From: a virus
Taxonomy: Duplodnaviria > Caudoviricetes
Direction: 5' to 3' (one strand)
IMG/VR virus record: IMGVR_UViG_3300017828_000080
Span: 1-51,314 of that record
DNA length: 51,314 nt
The stretch's first letter is position 1, and every line of letters begins with the position of its first letter. The translations under genes and the position numbers were made by a program. Of the stretch, positions 1 through 9,968 are shown piece after piece. The notes below the pieces were generated by a model, which was not told the DNA's origin, made no database searches, and saw only the letters and a list, made by a program, of their open reading frames with translations.

Positions 1-198
1 CGTAGAATATCCATCGAGTTGTATATATTTAATGTTACTGATTTCCTTTTGTCTCATAACTCCTTCAACTAATAGCGTTTGAATCGCTGATTCCACCTTT
101 TCTCTATTACAATCTTCTTCTTTAGCAGTCTCATCAACAAAAGCTTTTCTTTTTACCCACTTACCGTCATGGTCTTTTAGCTCATCTGGAAGCGTCAT
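1..198 (-). CDS. Hypothetical protein, truncated by the window edge (possible winged-helix)
   Basis: ATG at 198 is open to position 1 (MTLPDELKDHDGKWVKEKAFVDETAKEEDCNREKVESAIQTLLVEGVM...); upstream BRE/TATA-like CGCAAGGTTTATTT. Confidence 0.6.
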   Translation of the reverse strand, partial: MTLPDELKDHDGKWVKRKAFVDETAKEEDCNREKVESAIQTLLVEGVMRQKEISNIKYIQLDGYST

Positions 199-244
199 AC
201 ATTGAAAATGAGAGACGGAAAGAAATAAACCTTGCGATAGACTT

Positions 245-688
245 CTAAGTTTGACTATTAGACTTCAAAGTGACAATACCTTCTGGTTGAACGATTATTC
301 CCGGTTTAATCAATTCTGGCGGTGAAGGACGAACGGTATCTTCATCAAAAAGAATAACCGTATTATCTGGTACTGTAGAGTAAAAGTCAAACTCATTTAT
401 TTGGATGCAATTGCGAAACTGCATTACCGTCTGTAGAGAAGAAGATAATAAATTTATTTCTTCTCTATCGAAACCGTTCTCCCTAATATGTTTAACTCCC
501 TGTAGAATCGAATCATAGTTAATAGTCTCTACTTCTATGATAGTCGAATTTTCTATTAGTTCTTCTACGAATTCTTCATAAATTCTCCTAACAGTTCTTT
601 TCGTTTCCACTTGAATTATATCTTCTATAGAATCCATGAAAAGAGGAAAATTATTTTTACTTACTCGGAATAATTCCTTGGTCCACAA
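245..688 (-). CDS. Hypothetical protein
   Basis: Acidic 147-aa ORF in the co-directional gene run; true start uncertain. Confidence 0.6.
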   Translation of the reverse strand: MWTKELFRVSKNNFPLFMDSIEDIIQVETKRTVRRIYEEFVEELIENSTIIEVETINYDSILQGVKHIRENGFDREEINLLSSSLQTVMQFRNCIQINEFDFYSTVPDNTVILFDEDTVRPSPPELIKPGIIVQPEGIVTLKSNSQT

Positions 689-1170
689 TCAGAAACAGAA
701 CCAGTTGAAGCTTCCACGTCGCTATCTTCTACGCCATCTTCAAATTCATCAACAAATCCACTGCCACTTATGTCACTGCGAAGGCGGTGAACATCAACCC
801 AATGACTTTCAGGTTCTTCATCAGGTGCATTTCTATCGGAAGTTATGCAAACACTAGGAGCATTACAAAGTCGATAGTTGATGACAGTAATTACACCGTT
901 AAACTTTGTCAAACGGTCTGTAACGCGCTCACCAAGTTCAAATTCATGCTCTACATAACTCTCTTGACCAGCATCCGAAAACTCTGTATCGTCATCTACA
1001 ACTTCGAGATGGTCTTCAAAGAAAAACTGTTGACTTTTGCGCTTTTCTGAAGACCGGACTCCAATTCGCTCACAACCTGTAATATGTTCTCCGACAGTCG
1101 TAACTATGCCAGTGAAACCACTGATTCGACTTTCTACCTTATCACCAAGTTGGATTTCGGAATCTACCAT
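661..1170 (-). CDS. Protein with two tandem SH3/KOW-like repeats, unknown function
   Basis: Internal duplication LGDKVESRISGFTGIVT...GCERIGV / LGERVTDRLTKFNGVIT...CNAPSVCI; start at 1170 fits the upstream promoter. Confidence 0.7.
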   Translation of the reverse strand: MVDSEIQLGDKVESRISGFTGIVTTVGEHITGCERIGVRSSEKRKSQQFFFEDHLEVVDDDTEFSDAGQESYVEHEFELGERVTDRLTKFNGVITVINYRLCNAPSVCITSDRNAPDEEPESHWVDVHRLRSDISGSGFVDEFEDGVEDSDVEASTGSVSDCGPRNYSE

Positions 1171-1197
1171 GATGCGTCTCAACATCATAGAGCTATA

Positions 1198-1212
1198 GTA
1201 AAAAGACTTTCG
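1198..1212 (-). promoter_or_regulatory. Haloarchaeal-type promoter (BRE + TATA)
   Basis: CGAAAGTCTTTTTAC about 28 nt before ATG 1170; the same core occurs at 26096-26110. Confidence 0.7.
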
Positions 1213-1222
1213 ATATAATAGA

Positions 1223-1363
1223 CTACTTAACTTCCCAGAAGGCTATTTGTACTTCACAGTGTGGGTCTTGGTAGAGAAATTCAGGATAAGCATCAAAATA
1301 CTTTTTGCCGGGGAAGTCTTCTAAATCACAAAGAACAACGTAACAATGAACTTTTTCACTCAT
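1223..1363 (-). CDS. Small hypothetical protein (46 aa, not in ORF track)
   Basis: MSEKVHCYVVLCDLEDFPGKKYFDAYPEFLYQDPHCEVQIAFWEVK; start overlaps the end of the upstream gene and the ORF fills the gap. Confidence 0.55.
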   Translation of the reverse strand: MSEKVHCYVVLCDLEDFPGKKYFDAYPEFLYQDPHCEVQIAFWEVK

Positions 1364-1781
1364 GATTTTTCACCCATTTTCTTATCTCTTCAACACTTCT
1401 CTCACCGACCGAATTGCATTCAAGGAGTCTACTGTCACTGACGGCTTTAATATCTTCCACACAAACAAAGTCAGAAGAACGTAGGGAGTTTGCAGAGGAT
1501 TCTCCGACCCAAGGTATATCTTCGTAGGGTATCTCTTGAGAGGATTCTGAAAGACTCTCTGAAGAATCTGAGGCACGTTCTATTGGTTTAGATTCACCAT
1601 TTTTAATTTCAAAATGTCCAATGTCAATGCAATTTTCAAAGTAATCTCTCGCTTCCAGTCTATGATTATTTCTTTCGTGTTGCAGAAGAACAACGTGTTC
1701 ATTACAGAACACTACTTTATATTCCGATACACGCGATTCTCGACTTTCCTCGTAGACTTGACCCTCTTCTATTTCGTACAT
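1356..1781 (-). CDS. Protein with C-terminal helix-hairpin-helix domain
   Basis: IPWVGESSANSLRSS...LLECNSVGERSVEEI is an HhH pattern. Confidence 0.65.
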   Translation of the reverse strand: MYEIEEGQVYEESRESRVSEYKVVFCNEHVVLLQHERNNHRLEARDYFENCIDIGHFEIKNGESKPIERASDSSESLSESSQEIPYEDIPWVGESSANSLRSSDFVCVEDIKAVSDSRLLECNSVGERSVEEIRKWVKNHE

Positions 1782-1821
1782 ACGAGAAAAGATAACGCCG
1801 TGAGAACTAAAAAACTTACGG

Positions 1822-2199
1822 TTAAAGTAGAAACATCGAGAGTGAAGTCAGTGTCAATATAACACCAGCCAAAAAGAATGCTAAATTTTCGGGTGTTAGG
1901 AATCGATTCTCTTCTGTAATAGGACGTTCACCTGCTGATTTTTCTACATTGAATACTGATTGTGAACATTCTAGACACCACTTTTCAATTTCCGGTGGAT
2001 GGCCACTTTCAATTCCAGAAACTAGGTAACTAATTCCACTTTGACCATTTTCTTTACGTTCTACCTTCCCGACAACAACATCAACTGTCGCCCCCTCATA
2101 AACGTGCTTAGGACAAACTTCTCGACCGCACTTTGAAGTTTCAATACTTTCACTTTCACGCTCTAGCCGCGTAGCTTCATCAACCATCGTTTCGCTCAA
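1822..2199 (-). CDS. Zn-finger protein with C-terminal membrane anchor
   Basis: CGREVC...WCLECS plus hydrophobic C-terminus LAFFLAGVILTLTSLSMFLL. Confidence 0.65.
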   Translation of the reverse strand: MSETMVDEATRLERESESIETSKCGREVCPKHVYEGATVDVVVGKVERKENGQSGISYLVSGIESGHPPEIEKWCLECSQSVFNVEKSAGERPITEENRFLTPENLAFFLAGVILTLTSLSMFLL

Positions 2200-2680
2200 C
2201 AGACATCACCTCTATTGTTTCGAGAACGGCTGATTTTTTGAGATTACCTTTCACATATGAAGCAACAACAGGTTTAGTTACGATGGATTGAACTTTACCA
2301 TTGATAACAGAAAATGTTGTTGCTTGAGATTTACTTGAAATAAATTCTAAATAAATTTCAATTATCTGATTCATTTCGGTCTTTAGTTCACTTTGAGTCG
2401 AAGCATCTGACTCATACTGTAAGAAAATTTCACCTTCACGGTTTATGAATGTTCTAACATTACTGAAGTGTTCTTTGACCTTCCTTGAAACAAAGGTAGC
2501 AACTGCTTTAAATTGCAGAACTCTTTCTGGAACTTTATCATCAGAAACTTCTTTCACTCGACTTCGTTCATCAGTATTATTCTCGGTATTTTCCCTTCGA
2601 TTGGAAGAATTATTGTTACCCCCTAGGCATCCAGCCAAAGGAAAAACCACCGTCGATGTTAGAAATTTCCTCCGGTTCAT
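2180..2680 (-). CDS. Tat-exported lipoprotein
   Basis: MNRRKFLTSTVVFPLAGCLGG: twin-arginine motif and LAGC lipobox, typical of haloarchaea. Confidence 0.8.
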   Translation of the reverse strand: MNRRKFLTSTVVFPLAGCLGGNNNSSNRRENTENNTDERSRVKEVSDDKVPERVLQFKAVATFVSRKVKEHFSNVRTFINREGEIFLQYESDASTQSELKTEMNQIIEIYLEFISSKSQATTFSVINGKVQSIVTKPVVASYVKGNLKKSAVLETIEVMSVERNDG

Positions 2681-2681
2681 T

Positions 2682-3356
2682 TTATCCTTCTGTGCCATTG
2701 CCCTCACTTTCTTCATCAGTCCTTTCTATGAGAGTTACTTCTGTAGTAATTTCCTTCGGTTCTTCAGAAACTATGTAAATTCCATTATATTCAACATAGT
2801 CTCCTTGTGGAGTAAAGAAGAAAATTGCATCTCCATTGCTTCCATAACTTCCATCCATCTGAGGACTCTCAACAACTTTAAAGTTTACACCTTCTCCGCC
2901 ACCTGCTGAATCGCCGTGTCCCGTGTTAAACTTCGCGTTTGGAATCTCTACAATTTGCTTGTCATTTGTAAGTTTACTATTGACACTACTAACCTTTCCT
3001 TGTGCTATCTCATAATTGACAACCTTCCCGTCATGTGAAAGCATATAAACATGGTGTTTATTGCTCCTGTCATTGAGGTACTTGTAGCGTTCAATGAGAT
3101 TCTGCCTTTCGAGTGAATCATCCATTTCAAACGGTGGCCGTTCTTGGATTAGAGCCTGTTGGTTTGTTTCAGTTAGACCTATTTCAAACCAATAACTCTC
3201 ACCAACAGAATCAACATCAATGTTGGTATTAGTCTGATTCGACAACTCTTCAGCGCCGTCAGAAGGATTGTTACCATCATTTCCAATTGTTCCACAACCT
3301 GCAAGTGCCATAAGTATCCCAACTGCTAGGATACCAAGTATTTTCTTGTTTACCAT
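2682..3356 (-). CDS. Lipoprotein of unknown function
   Basis: Signal peptide with LAGC lipobox; conserved-looking C-terminal DGSYGSNGDAIFFFT...YVEYNG. Confidence 0.75.
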   Translation of the reverse strand: MVNKKILGILAVGILMALAGCGTIGNDGNNPSDGAEELSNQTNTNIDVDSVGESYWFEIGLTETNQQALIQERPPFEMDDSLERQNLIERYKYLNDRSNKHHVYMLSHDGKVVNYEIAQGKVSSVNSKLTNDKQIVEIPNAKFNTGHGDSAGGGEGVNFKVVESPQMDGSYGSNGDAIFFFTPQGDYVEYNGIYIVSEEPKEITTEVTLIERTDEESEGNGTEG

Positions 3357-3394
3357 AACTGCAAGAGAAAATAAAACGCGGGAGTATTTATTAC

Positions 3395-3973
3395 TTATGA
3401 TGAAACCTTATCGGGAAGTCCATCACACTGTTCTGCATCAACAGGTTGCCCATCAACAGGTTCTCCATTTGGTCCAGTATCAATTGGTTGTTCAGCATCA
3501 CCACTTCCCGGTGGTCCACTGATTCCGAAAGACTCATCGACCTTATATGGTAAATGACATTTAAAAACTTCTCTATTTGCCATATCACTCTGGGCATTAT
3601 ATTCGGCTACTAATCTTTCAAGTTGATTCTGACTTCCCGTAATTCTTTGTTGTATCCGATTGTGTCTTTCTTCAGCAGTTCGTGACCATTCATCAGGGTT
3701 TTCTCCATGTGTATCATAAAACCTCTCTAGAGCATCATAGTTGTTTTCTACCTGCGCTCTTTCAGCTTCAATATCATGATACATTTCACGAAAATCTTCA
3801 TACTGCGACACTGCGTTTTCTGCATCATACGTATTTCTCGTAATTTCTTCACCAGCTTCCCTTTGTTCAAACCAAGGCATAAATGCAGGATAGAAAATAT
3901 AGGAAAAGATATTCAAAAGAATAATGAAAGCTAAAACAATTCCAACATACTTCCATAGGTCATTTTCATTCAT
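3395..3973 (-). CDS. Membrane-anchored coiled-coil protein
   Basis: N-terminal TM helix, helical region ending LVAEYNAQSDMANR. Confidence 0.7.
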   Translation of the reverse strand: MNENDLWKYVGIVLAFIILLNIFSYIFYPAFMPWFEQREAGEEITRNTYDAENAVSQYEDFREMYHDIEAERAQVENNYDALERFYDTHGENPDEWSRTAEERHNRIQQRITGSQNQLERLVAEYNAQSDMANREVFKCHLPYKVDESFGISGPPGSGDAEQPIDTGPNGEPVDGQPVDAEQCDGLPDKVSS

Positions 3974-4161
3974 GTTGTATAACCCATAACTACAACTTCG
4001 CAGTCTTCATCTTCTCTCCCAAGTTCAGCAAGTTTATCGTTGACTTGTGGGTTTTGTTCTGGAAGTTCATCTGTAGTCTGATTCTCTTGATTTTCATATA
4101 CAAACCTGTAACGTGTAATCAGGTTTTCTTCTAGGTCGCCTCTTTCAGCAGACATATGCAA
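3970..4161 (-). CDS. Hypothetical protein
   Basis: Acidic small ORF, ATGA overlap with the next gene, promoter-like motif upstream. Confidence 0.55.
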   Translation of the reverse strand: MHMSAERGDLEENLITRYRFVYENQENQTTDELPEQNPQVNDKLAELGREDEDCEVVVMGYTT

Positions 4162-4197
4162 AGGAGAATAAGATAGACGGATAAAAAAACTTTACGA

Positions 4198-4536
4198 TTA
4201 GTCGTCGTAAATCAAACTACGTACTGCATCTGCTCCCAAATCTAAAGCTGTAGAATCCTTTATAGCTCTGTCATCAATCAGTAAGTCATATCCCGGTTTT
4301 TCCATGACTAAACCATGATACATGACGCCCCATTTTTTCAAAAAGTACTTTGTCTCTTTTCTTACTTCTTCACGTCTTGCAGTATATATTATTATTGTAT
4401 GATTCTGTTTATACAAGTCGTTGACCAAACCTATCATTTCTTCTCTTGGCTCTTCATCTAAATTATCGACCCACCAAGGCTCACCAGCCCCAGTTGTTAG
4501 TGTAGAATCAAAGTCAACGAAGATTGTAGCTCCCAT
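4198..4536 (-). CDS. Small capless HAD-superfamily phosphatase
   Basis: Motif I DFDSTL, motif II YTAR, motif III KP, motif IV IDD. Confidence 0.8.
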   Translation of the reverse strand: MGATIFVDFDSTLTTGAGEPWWVDNLDEEPREEMIGLVNDLYKQNHTIIIYTARREEVRKETKYFLKKWGVMYHGLVMEKPGYDLLIDDRAIKDSTALDLGADAVRSLIYDD

Positions 4537-4537
4537 A

Positions 4538-4657
4538 TTAGTTCTCTATTTTATCCTTTACTTCTTGATATTCTTTTCCACAGTACTCACTCATACAGTA
4601 CTCACTTCTTTTTGGCTCTCCATATTCCATCTCACAAGCAGGACACATATACATCAT
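4538..4657 (-). CDS. CPxC zinc-finger microprotein (39 aa, not in ORF track)
   Basis: MMYMCPACEMEYGEPKRSEYCMSEYCGKEYQEVKDKIEN; ATGA overlap with the spoVR stop; ends 1 nt before the HAD gene start. Confidence 0.6.
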   Translation of the reverse strand: MMYMCPACEMEYGEPKRSEYCMSEYCGKEYQEVKDKIEN

Positions 4658-6522
4658 GCTCTCCACTCTTCGGGGATTGTATTATAATCAATTTCGTCTG
4701 CCTCAACCGCCTCTCTTAACTTATCATCTCTTACTTGATGTTCTTTGAATTCATCTTTCCCCGGTGGTACATTTCCATTATACTCTATTCTCACCATTTC
4801 TTCTTCTGGCTCAGGTTCTACATCTTCTTCATACGATAAATTCAATTCTTCTTCACTCACAATTTTTCCAACTGTAACAAGATGAACTGGCCGTCCCCAA
4901 AGTTCAAAGAGTCTTTCCATAACACCTTTGAGTTTCTTCACATCGAGGACTATTCCATTGTACTTATGAATCAAAAGAAGTTCTCCAGAATTCCCATAAT
5001 TCCCCGATGCTACTTCAATTGTAGGCTTTCCGAAGTTTGTGAACTGAAGAAGCAACTTCTTTTTCACATCTTCAACATCTCGACTAGAGATTTCATACTG
5101 TTCATGAGGAACACTATATTCGTAGGTGAAGTAATTTTCTTCATTTACGAATTCTTGGGTAAGGAATTCATCAATAAAGACAACATCGTTATGAGTTTCA
5201 CGAACCTGCTTCATTCTCTCCCATCCGAGTGTATAATCAACATCTTCTAATGATTCCGAGACTGTTTGGTACTTACTCCGATTTACGATGTATCTATTAA
5301 TTTTTCTCAATTCATCAAGGTCAATATTCTTTATAAATCCTTTATTATGTATCCTTGCGAGAGAGTAGTTTCTTTTCACAATATCCTCTGAATTGGAATG
5401 TGTCAAAGTTTCATGAACGTCGTCAAAATCAACTTCTCTGTGGAAATTATCAGGATTTATACCTTCAACCCGAAGCAGCTTATGGACTACCTCTCTTCGA
5501 TTCACAGTATTTTCAACATACTCCCATAGCATTTTACCGAGTCGATATGGATTAAACTGCGAAGATTGTATTACTCTTGAGTGCTGGTCTGCATAGTCGA
5601 TGATTTCATCAACATCAGCAAATTCTTCATCAGTCATTACCATACTTTCGTGATAAGAAGCCCATCCTTCATTAATTGTTTTTGTTAGCTTTTGCGGGGC
5701 AAAATAATAGGCTTCTTCACGCAACATATCCAATATATCTAGCTGCCAATCTTCATAATCGACAGCCGTTTCTCTATTTTCATCAAACTGCTTGCCATTG
5801 GAAATTAAGTATCCTAGAATATCTTTTGTGGTGTTATCAGTTACATGAACACTCCGTTCTTCGTCACCGTCTTCTTCATCAAAAACTTCATCGACAATAT
5901 CACTCGAAATATCCAAATTTTCAATAGAACGGTCTTTCTCTTCAGAAGAGTTAGAAGAAATATCGACACTTTGACGAAATACATATTCTGAATATTGGTC
6001 AATGTTATCTTCTAGGCACAGAACATGGTCAATCCATTTTTCAACTTCACCCCTATCAATATTGGGGTCTTCCATGTAATTCTGGATTTTCTGTGCGTGT
6101 CTCGCAAGCATATCTGAAGCATTAGGCGAATCAGAAAACCATTTATTATTCGCAAAGAAATCCGAGTGAGCCTCAACGTGGGCTATTACTGCTTTTTGGT
6201 CAACCAAATCATTACTCATTTGAAGATAAGCATGGCAGGGGTCATCATTGATGACCATTTCAAATATCTTACCACCGCCGTACTCACCTTTCTTCTGTTG
6301 CTTATCATACTTCATTCCCCATCTCCAGTGAGGATAACGCTCTTGAAAACCACCGTATGCAGCAAGTTGATTTACTTCATCGTTATGATTTATCCAATAT
6401 CGGACATCTCGCGGTTTCAATCCAAGTTCCTCTACTTTTGCTTGAATCGAATCAAGATGCTCTTCTAGCTCCTTAGCAACTTCTTCTTTTTGATGTTCTC
6501 TTTCTCTAATCATTTTTATCAC
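4654..6522 (-). CDS. spoVR: SpoVR/YcgB family protein
   Basis: RYPHWRWG, KIFEMVINDDPC, AHVEAHSDFFANN, YYFAPQKLTKTINEGWASYH, NPYRLG, ELLLIH, LWGRPV signatures. Confidence 0.92.
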   Translation of the reverse strand: MIKMIREREHQKEEVAKELEEHLDSIQAKVEELGLKPRDVRYWINHNDEVNQLAAYGGFQERYPHWRWGMKYDKQQKKGEYGGGKIFEMVINDDPCHAYLQMSNDLVDQKAVIAHVEAHSDFFANNKWFSDSPNASDMLARHAQKIQNYMEDPNIDRGEVEKWIDHVLCLEDNIDQYSEYVFRQSVDISSNSSEEKDRSIENLDISSDIVDEVFDEEDGDEERSVHVTDNTTKDILGYLISNGKQFDENRETAVDYEDWQLDILDMLREEAYYFAPQKLTKTINEGWASYHESMVMTDEEFADVDEIIDYADQHSRVIQSSQFNPYRLGKMLWEYVENTVNRREVVHKLLRVEGINPDNFHREVDFDDVHETLTHSNSEDIVKRNYSLARIHNKGFIKNIDLDELRKINRYIVNRSKYQTVSESLEDVDYTLGWERMKQVRETHNDVVFIDEFLTQEFVNEENYFTYEYSVPHEQYEISSRDVEDVKKKLLLQFTNFGKPTIEVASGNYGNSGELLLIHKYNGIVLDVKKLKGVMERLFELWGRPVHLVTVGKIVSEEELNLSYEEDVEPEPEEEMVRIEYNGNVPPGKDEFKEHQVRDDKLREAVEADEIDYNTIPEEWRA

Positions 6523-7821
6523 TCATTCTTCTCCATCAGTTGAAAGCATTTCATAGATGCAGTCCATTATGTCTTTTTCACCTTTAAGATTAAACGTTGC
6601 GATATTGTCTCTGTCACCGATGTTATCTTCAACTACATCTAAATGACTAGGGTTATTTGAAGAATAAGTCAACTTTCCTCTACTGTCATCAGGATTAACT
6701 TCTATATATCCGTGCAAATTAGCATTTATATCCTCCATTAATGGAACTACATTTTCTTCCGAGTCGTCCCAAATATTTTCTCCGTCACCAGAACATAGCA
6801 CATAACGATTCCATTCCTTCCACGGATACCTATTCTCTAGAATTTCCTGAGCAAGTTCATAACCACTGGAAATTCTAGTTCCACCTCCTGATTTCATTCC
6901 AAAGAAGTTAATTCTCTGAACTTCTTGAGCTTCAGCATCATGAGCAATGTAAACGAATTCAGCATTGTCATACTTACCCGTCAAGTACCAGTCTATAGGA
7001 GTGAAGACGCGCTCAACAAGTCTTCTTTTCTCTTTACCCATTGAACCGGAAACATCTCTGATGAAGACCACCACTGCATTTTTTTCATATTCTGTGGTGG
7101 TTTTGGGATACTTATGTCGTTTATCTTCTTCGCGGAGGGCTACTGAATCAATTTCCTTTGCTGCTGGAGAACGACGCATTTCTTTTGATATATCATCAAT
7201 CGAAATATACTTTTGACGGTCTTCTATATCCAGATATTCCTGCTCAATCCAGCCCTTTGATACTGGGATATTATTTTCTCTTGCCCATTGAAAAGTAGTC
7301 TCTTCATTCATTCCCTCAACTTTCATAACTTCTCTCAAATAATCTTCATCGAAGAACATAGAAAGGCTTCTCTTAAGACCTTTCTTGAACATCCGCTCGA
7401 AATCCAGAGTACTTTCCGGTCCAGAACGAGCTAACTGTGTATAAGGCCCTTCCTTTTCTTCCTTCACCTTTTTGCCTTTTGGGTCAAGGTCAAGGCCAAG
7501 TTCATCATCAAGCTCCTGAGCAAACTCTTCAGGGTCCATTTCATAATGTCCATGTTCCGAAGTCTCTTCACCTGCCTCTTCGCCCTCTTCTCCCGGCTTT
7601 TTTTCTGGTTCACCAATTCCTTCACCAATCTCACCTTCACCTTTTCCAACTCCACCCATATCACTTTTATCGTACTCAAAGGCAGGTAGATTAATGACCT
7701 TTACTGGGATGTTAATATCATCTCCAGCTTCAATTTGACCGTGCTGTATAAATTCAGTCAAATCTTGCCTTCTCTCTTCTCCAACTTCTTCAAACCTCTT
7801 TAAATCTTCTTTAAGTCCCAT
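6523..7821 (-). CDS. yeaH: YeaH/YhbH (DUF444) family vWA-domain protein
   Basis: G-rich linker, MIDAS-like DVSGSM, YIAHD, SGGGTRISSGY, YPWKEWNRY, GDGEN; lies between prkA and spoVR. Confidence 0.9.
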   Translation of the reverse strand: MGLKEDLKRFEEVGEERRQDLTEFIQHGQIEAGDDINIPVKVINLPAFEYDKSDMGGVGKGEGEIGEGIGEPEKKPGEEGEEAGEETSEHGHYEMDPEEFAQELDDELGLDLDPKGKKVKEEKEGPYTQLARSGPESTLDFERMFKKGLKRSLSMFFDEDYLREVMKVEGMNEETTFQWARENNIPVSKGWIEQEYLDIEDRQKYISIDDISKEMRRSPAAKEIDSVALREEDKRHKYPKTTTEYEKNAVVVFIRDVSGSMGKEKRRLVERVFTPIDWYLTGKYDNAEFVYIAHDAEAQEVQRINFFGMKSGGGTRISSGYELAQEILENRYPWKEWNRYVLCSGDGENIWDDSEENVVPLMEDINANLHGYIEVNPDDSRGKLTYSSNNPSHLDVVEDNIGDRDNIATFNLKGEKDIMDCIYEMLSTDGEE

Positions 7822-7822
7822 A

Positions 7823-9964
7823 TTACTTATCCTCTTCAGATTCAAACATATCCATTTGACCAGTCGGAACTACTTTGTTACTCACTTCTTCTGCCGATTC
7901 TTGGGAATAACCTTGTTCTTTCATTCTTTTTATTGTTTTTTGCTTTAACTTGTTTACCTCTGTATCCGAAGGCGGAGATTCCCAGAGACGTAAATCAGCA
8001 TCAGGAAAAACCCTTTCAACCATATCCCAGTCATTTTCATCGAGAAGTGTCTTTAGAGGTGGGCACTCAGAAAGAGGAACATCATCAATAGTAAAGTCTT
8101 CTTCCCTCTTGTCCCACATATATTTATTAATCGGTGAAAGAATTCCCTCTCGAAATTCGACTATTTCTTTCTCCGCTTTTGCCTTTTTACCGTAATTTGA
8201 AATATCTTGACCGAGATACCTTGTTTCAAATTCTCTCAACTCGTAAGCATCATATTCATCATCTCGGTCATCATCCCAAGCTAGGATTGAATCAATGTAA
8301 TTTCTTACATCTTCTTCAGTAACGGTTATATCTCCGACCATTGCCTGTAGTACATCTTCTTGCTGCTTTGAATATATATAATTTTCAGTATAGGCACAAG
8401 CACCGTTAAATTCTTCTAACTCTTTACCATCGAACATTGGTTCATCTTCAAAACCATCTCTCATAGCACGAGTAACGTGTGTCGGTAAAACAAAGTCATT
8501 CTCTTGGACTTTTTCAACTATTTTATCTACGGTATATGTTACTGGTATTCCCGAATCTCCATCTATAATTGATGAGTGAATTATACTCTCTGAAGTATTA
8601 ATCATTTTTCCAACGGGAAAATCTTCGCCTGTTTCCAAATATTCTATTAAAGCAATAGAATCTTCCCCGCTACAGTCAACACGGGTACTCACCTCATACA
8701 TAGCAGCCGCTTCGATTGTCCTTGGAGCTATTTCTGTATCATAAATCCTCTCTTCTTCTGAAACCTTTTCCATCCTATCTTCGTCTTCCCATAGGTAATT
8801 TTCATCAAAAAGAATTCTCTTGATAAGCATACCCTCAATTCCAACAGTAGTAAGGTATCCGAATTCATACTTATCAAGTCTCCGGCGAACTGCTCTCATA
8901 GGGTCACTTTGACCACTACTACTATATTCTCTCAGTCTCTCTTCCAAATCTCTATTTGAGAATATCATTATGAGAGTATCTAAATCCATAGAAATTTTGT
9001 TATTTAGTTTGACCATCTCTTCTTCGCAGACATTCAACATTTTAGCTAAAACATCAAAATGATGCGCTCCATCTTCCACGATACTCACAAGGCCATTGCC
9101 TTGTGAAAGAACACCATCATATGAGAAAGCCTGTGGATTCATATGACCACGTTTAGCGAATTTTTGCATAGCTCCTTCCATCCAAGAACCAACGATTTTC
9201 TGCTTTGGATTTCCGTTATCTTCCGAATGGAGAACGCCAATTCCGTCGCCCACTTCTGGATATACTCTTTTTACACGAACAAAGCCTTCGGAAACTATTT
9301 CTTGAAAGTCCATATCTTCCTCCAAACTCTCAAGAACTTCCTTGCTGAATGGTCCTAGTTTGCAGTCCAATTCAAAATCTGAACGAACATAGTTCATATA
9401 ATTTTCTCTTGTCTTAGGTGGGAGGATAGTCAAAGGATTGACATTGATTGGACTTTTATAATATCTCTTCTCAATGGATGCTTTTTCACCATAAGACATT
9501 CGACTGTTAGAAGACGAATCATCTAGAGTCCATTCCAATGTATATCTTGCCCCTTCATCTGTCTCTGAATAAGCGCGAATGCCATTGATTATACAACGCT
9601 TTAATTCAGACTTTCCAGAAGCAGTGGGGCCTACGAACCAAATAATCTTATTATTATCACCTTCTTCTGAAGCGCGACGACGTACTTCATCTACAAATTC
9701 ATTCAACTCTCTTGTATTGCCAAGGATGGCGTTTTCACCGTTACAATAAGGGTCATCGAAGAATCTGTATCTTTCTATTTCTTCACCATTCTCAATAACT
9801 TCCCGTGTACCGTAATGTTCGATAGCACAAAGAAGATAATTTACAGAATCGGCTATAGAAATGGGGTTATCTTCAGCAAAATCCAGAAATTCGTCTAACT
9901 GCATAACATCTTCTTCTCTATGCCCTCGCTCTTCTGATGATTTCTGGATTATTGATTCTTCCAT
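7823..9964 (-). CDS. prkA: PrkA/YeaG family AAA+ protein, second paralog
   Basis: RYRFFDDP, Walker A GPTASGKS, PQAFSYDGVLSQGNG, AVRRRL. Confidence 0.88.
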   Translation of the reverse strand: MEESIIQKSSEERGHREEDVMQLDEFLDFAEDNPISIADSVNYLLCAIEHYGTREVIENGEEIERYRFFDDPYCNGENAILGNTRELNEFVDEVRRRASEEGDNNKIIWFVGPTASGKSELKRCIINGIRAYSETDEGARYTLEWTLDDSSSNSRMSYGEKASIEKRYYKSPINVNPLTILPPKTRENYMNYVRSDFELDCKLGPFSKEVLESLEEDMDFQEIVSEGFVRVKRVYPEVGDGIGVLHSEDNGNPKQKIVGSWMEGAMQKFAKRGHMNPQAFSYDGVLSQGNGLVSIVEDGAHHFDVLAKMLNVCEEEMVKLNNKISMDLDTLIMIFSNRDLEERLREYSSSGQSDPMRAVRRRLDKYEFGYLTTVGIEGMLIKRILFDENYLWEDEDRMEKVSEEERIYDTEIAPRTIEAAAMYEVSTRVDCSGEDSIALIEYLETGEDFPVGKMINTSESIIHSSIIDGDSGIPVTYTVDKIVEKVQENDFVLPTHVTRAMRDGFEDEPMFDGKELEEFNGACAYTENYIYSKQQEDVLQAMVGDITVTEEDVRNYIDSILAWDDDRDDEYDAYELREFETRYLGQDISNYGKKAKAEKEIVEFREGILSPINKYMWDKREEDFTIDDVPLSECPPLKTLLDENDWDMVERVFPDADLRLWESPPSDTEVNKLKQKTIKRMKEQGYSQESAEEVSNKVVPTGQMDMFESEEDK

Positions 9965-9968
9965 AATT

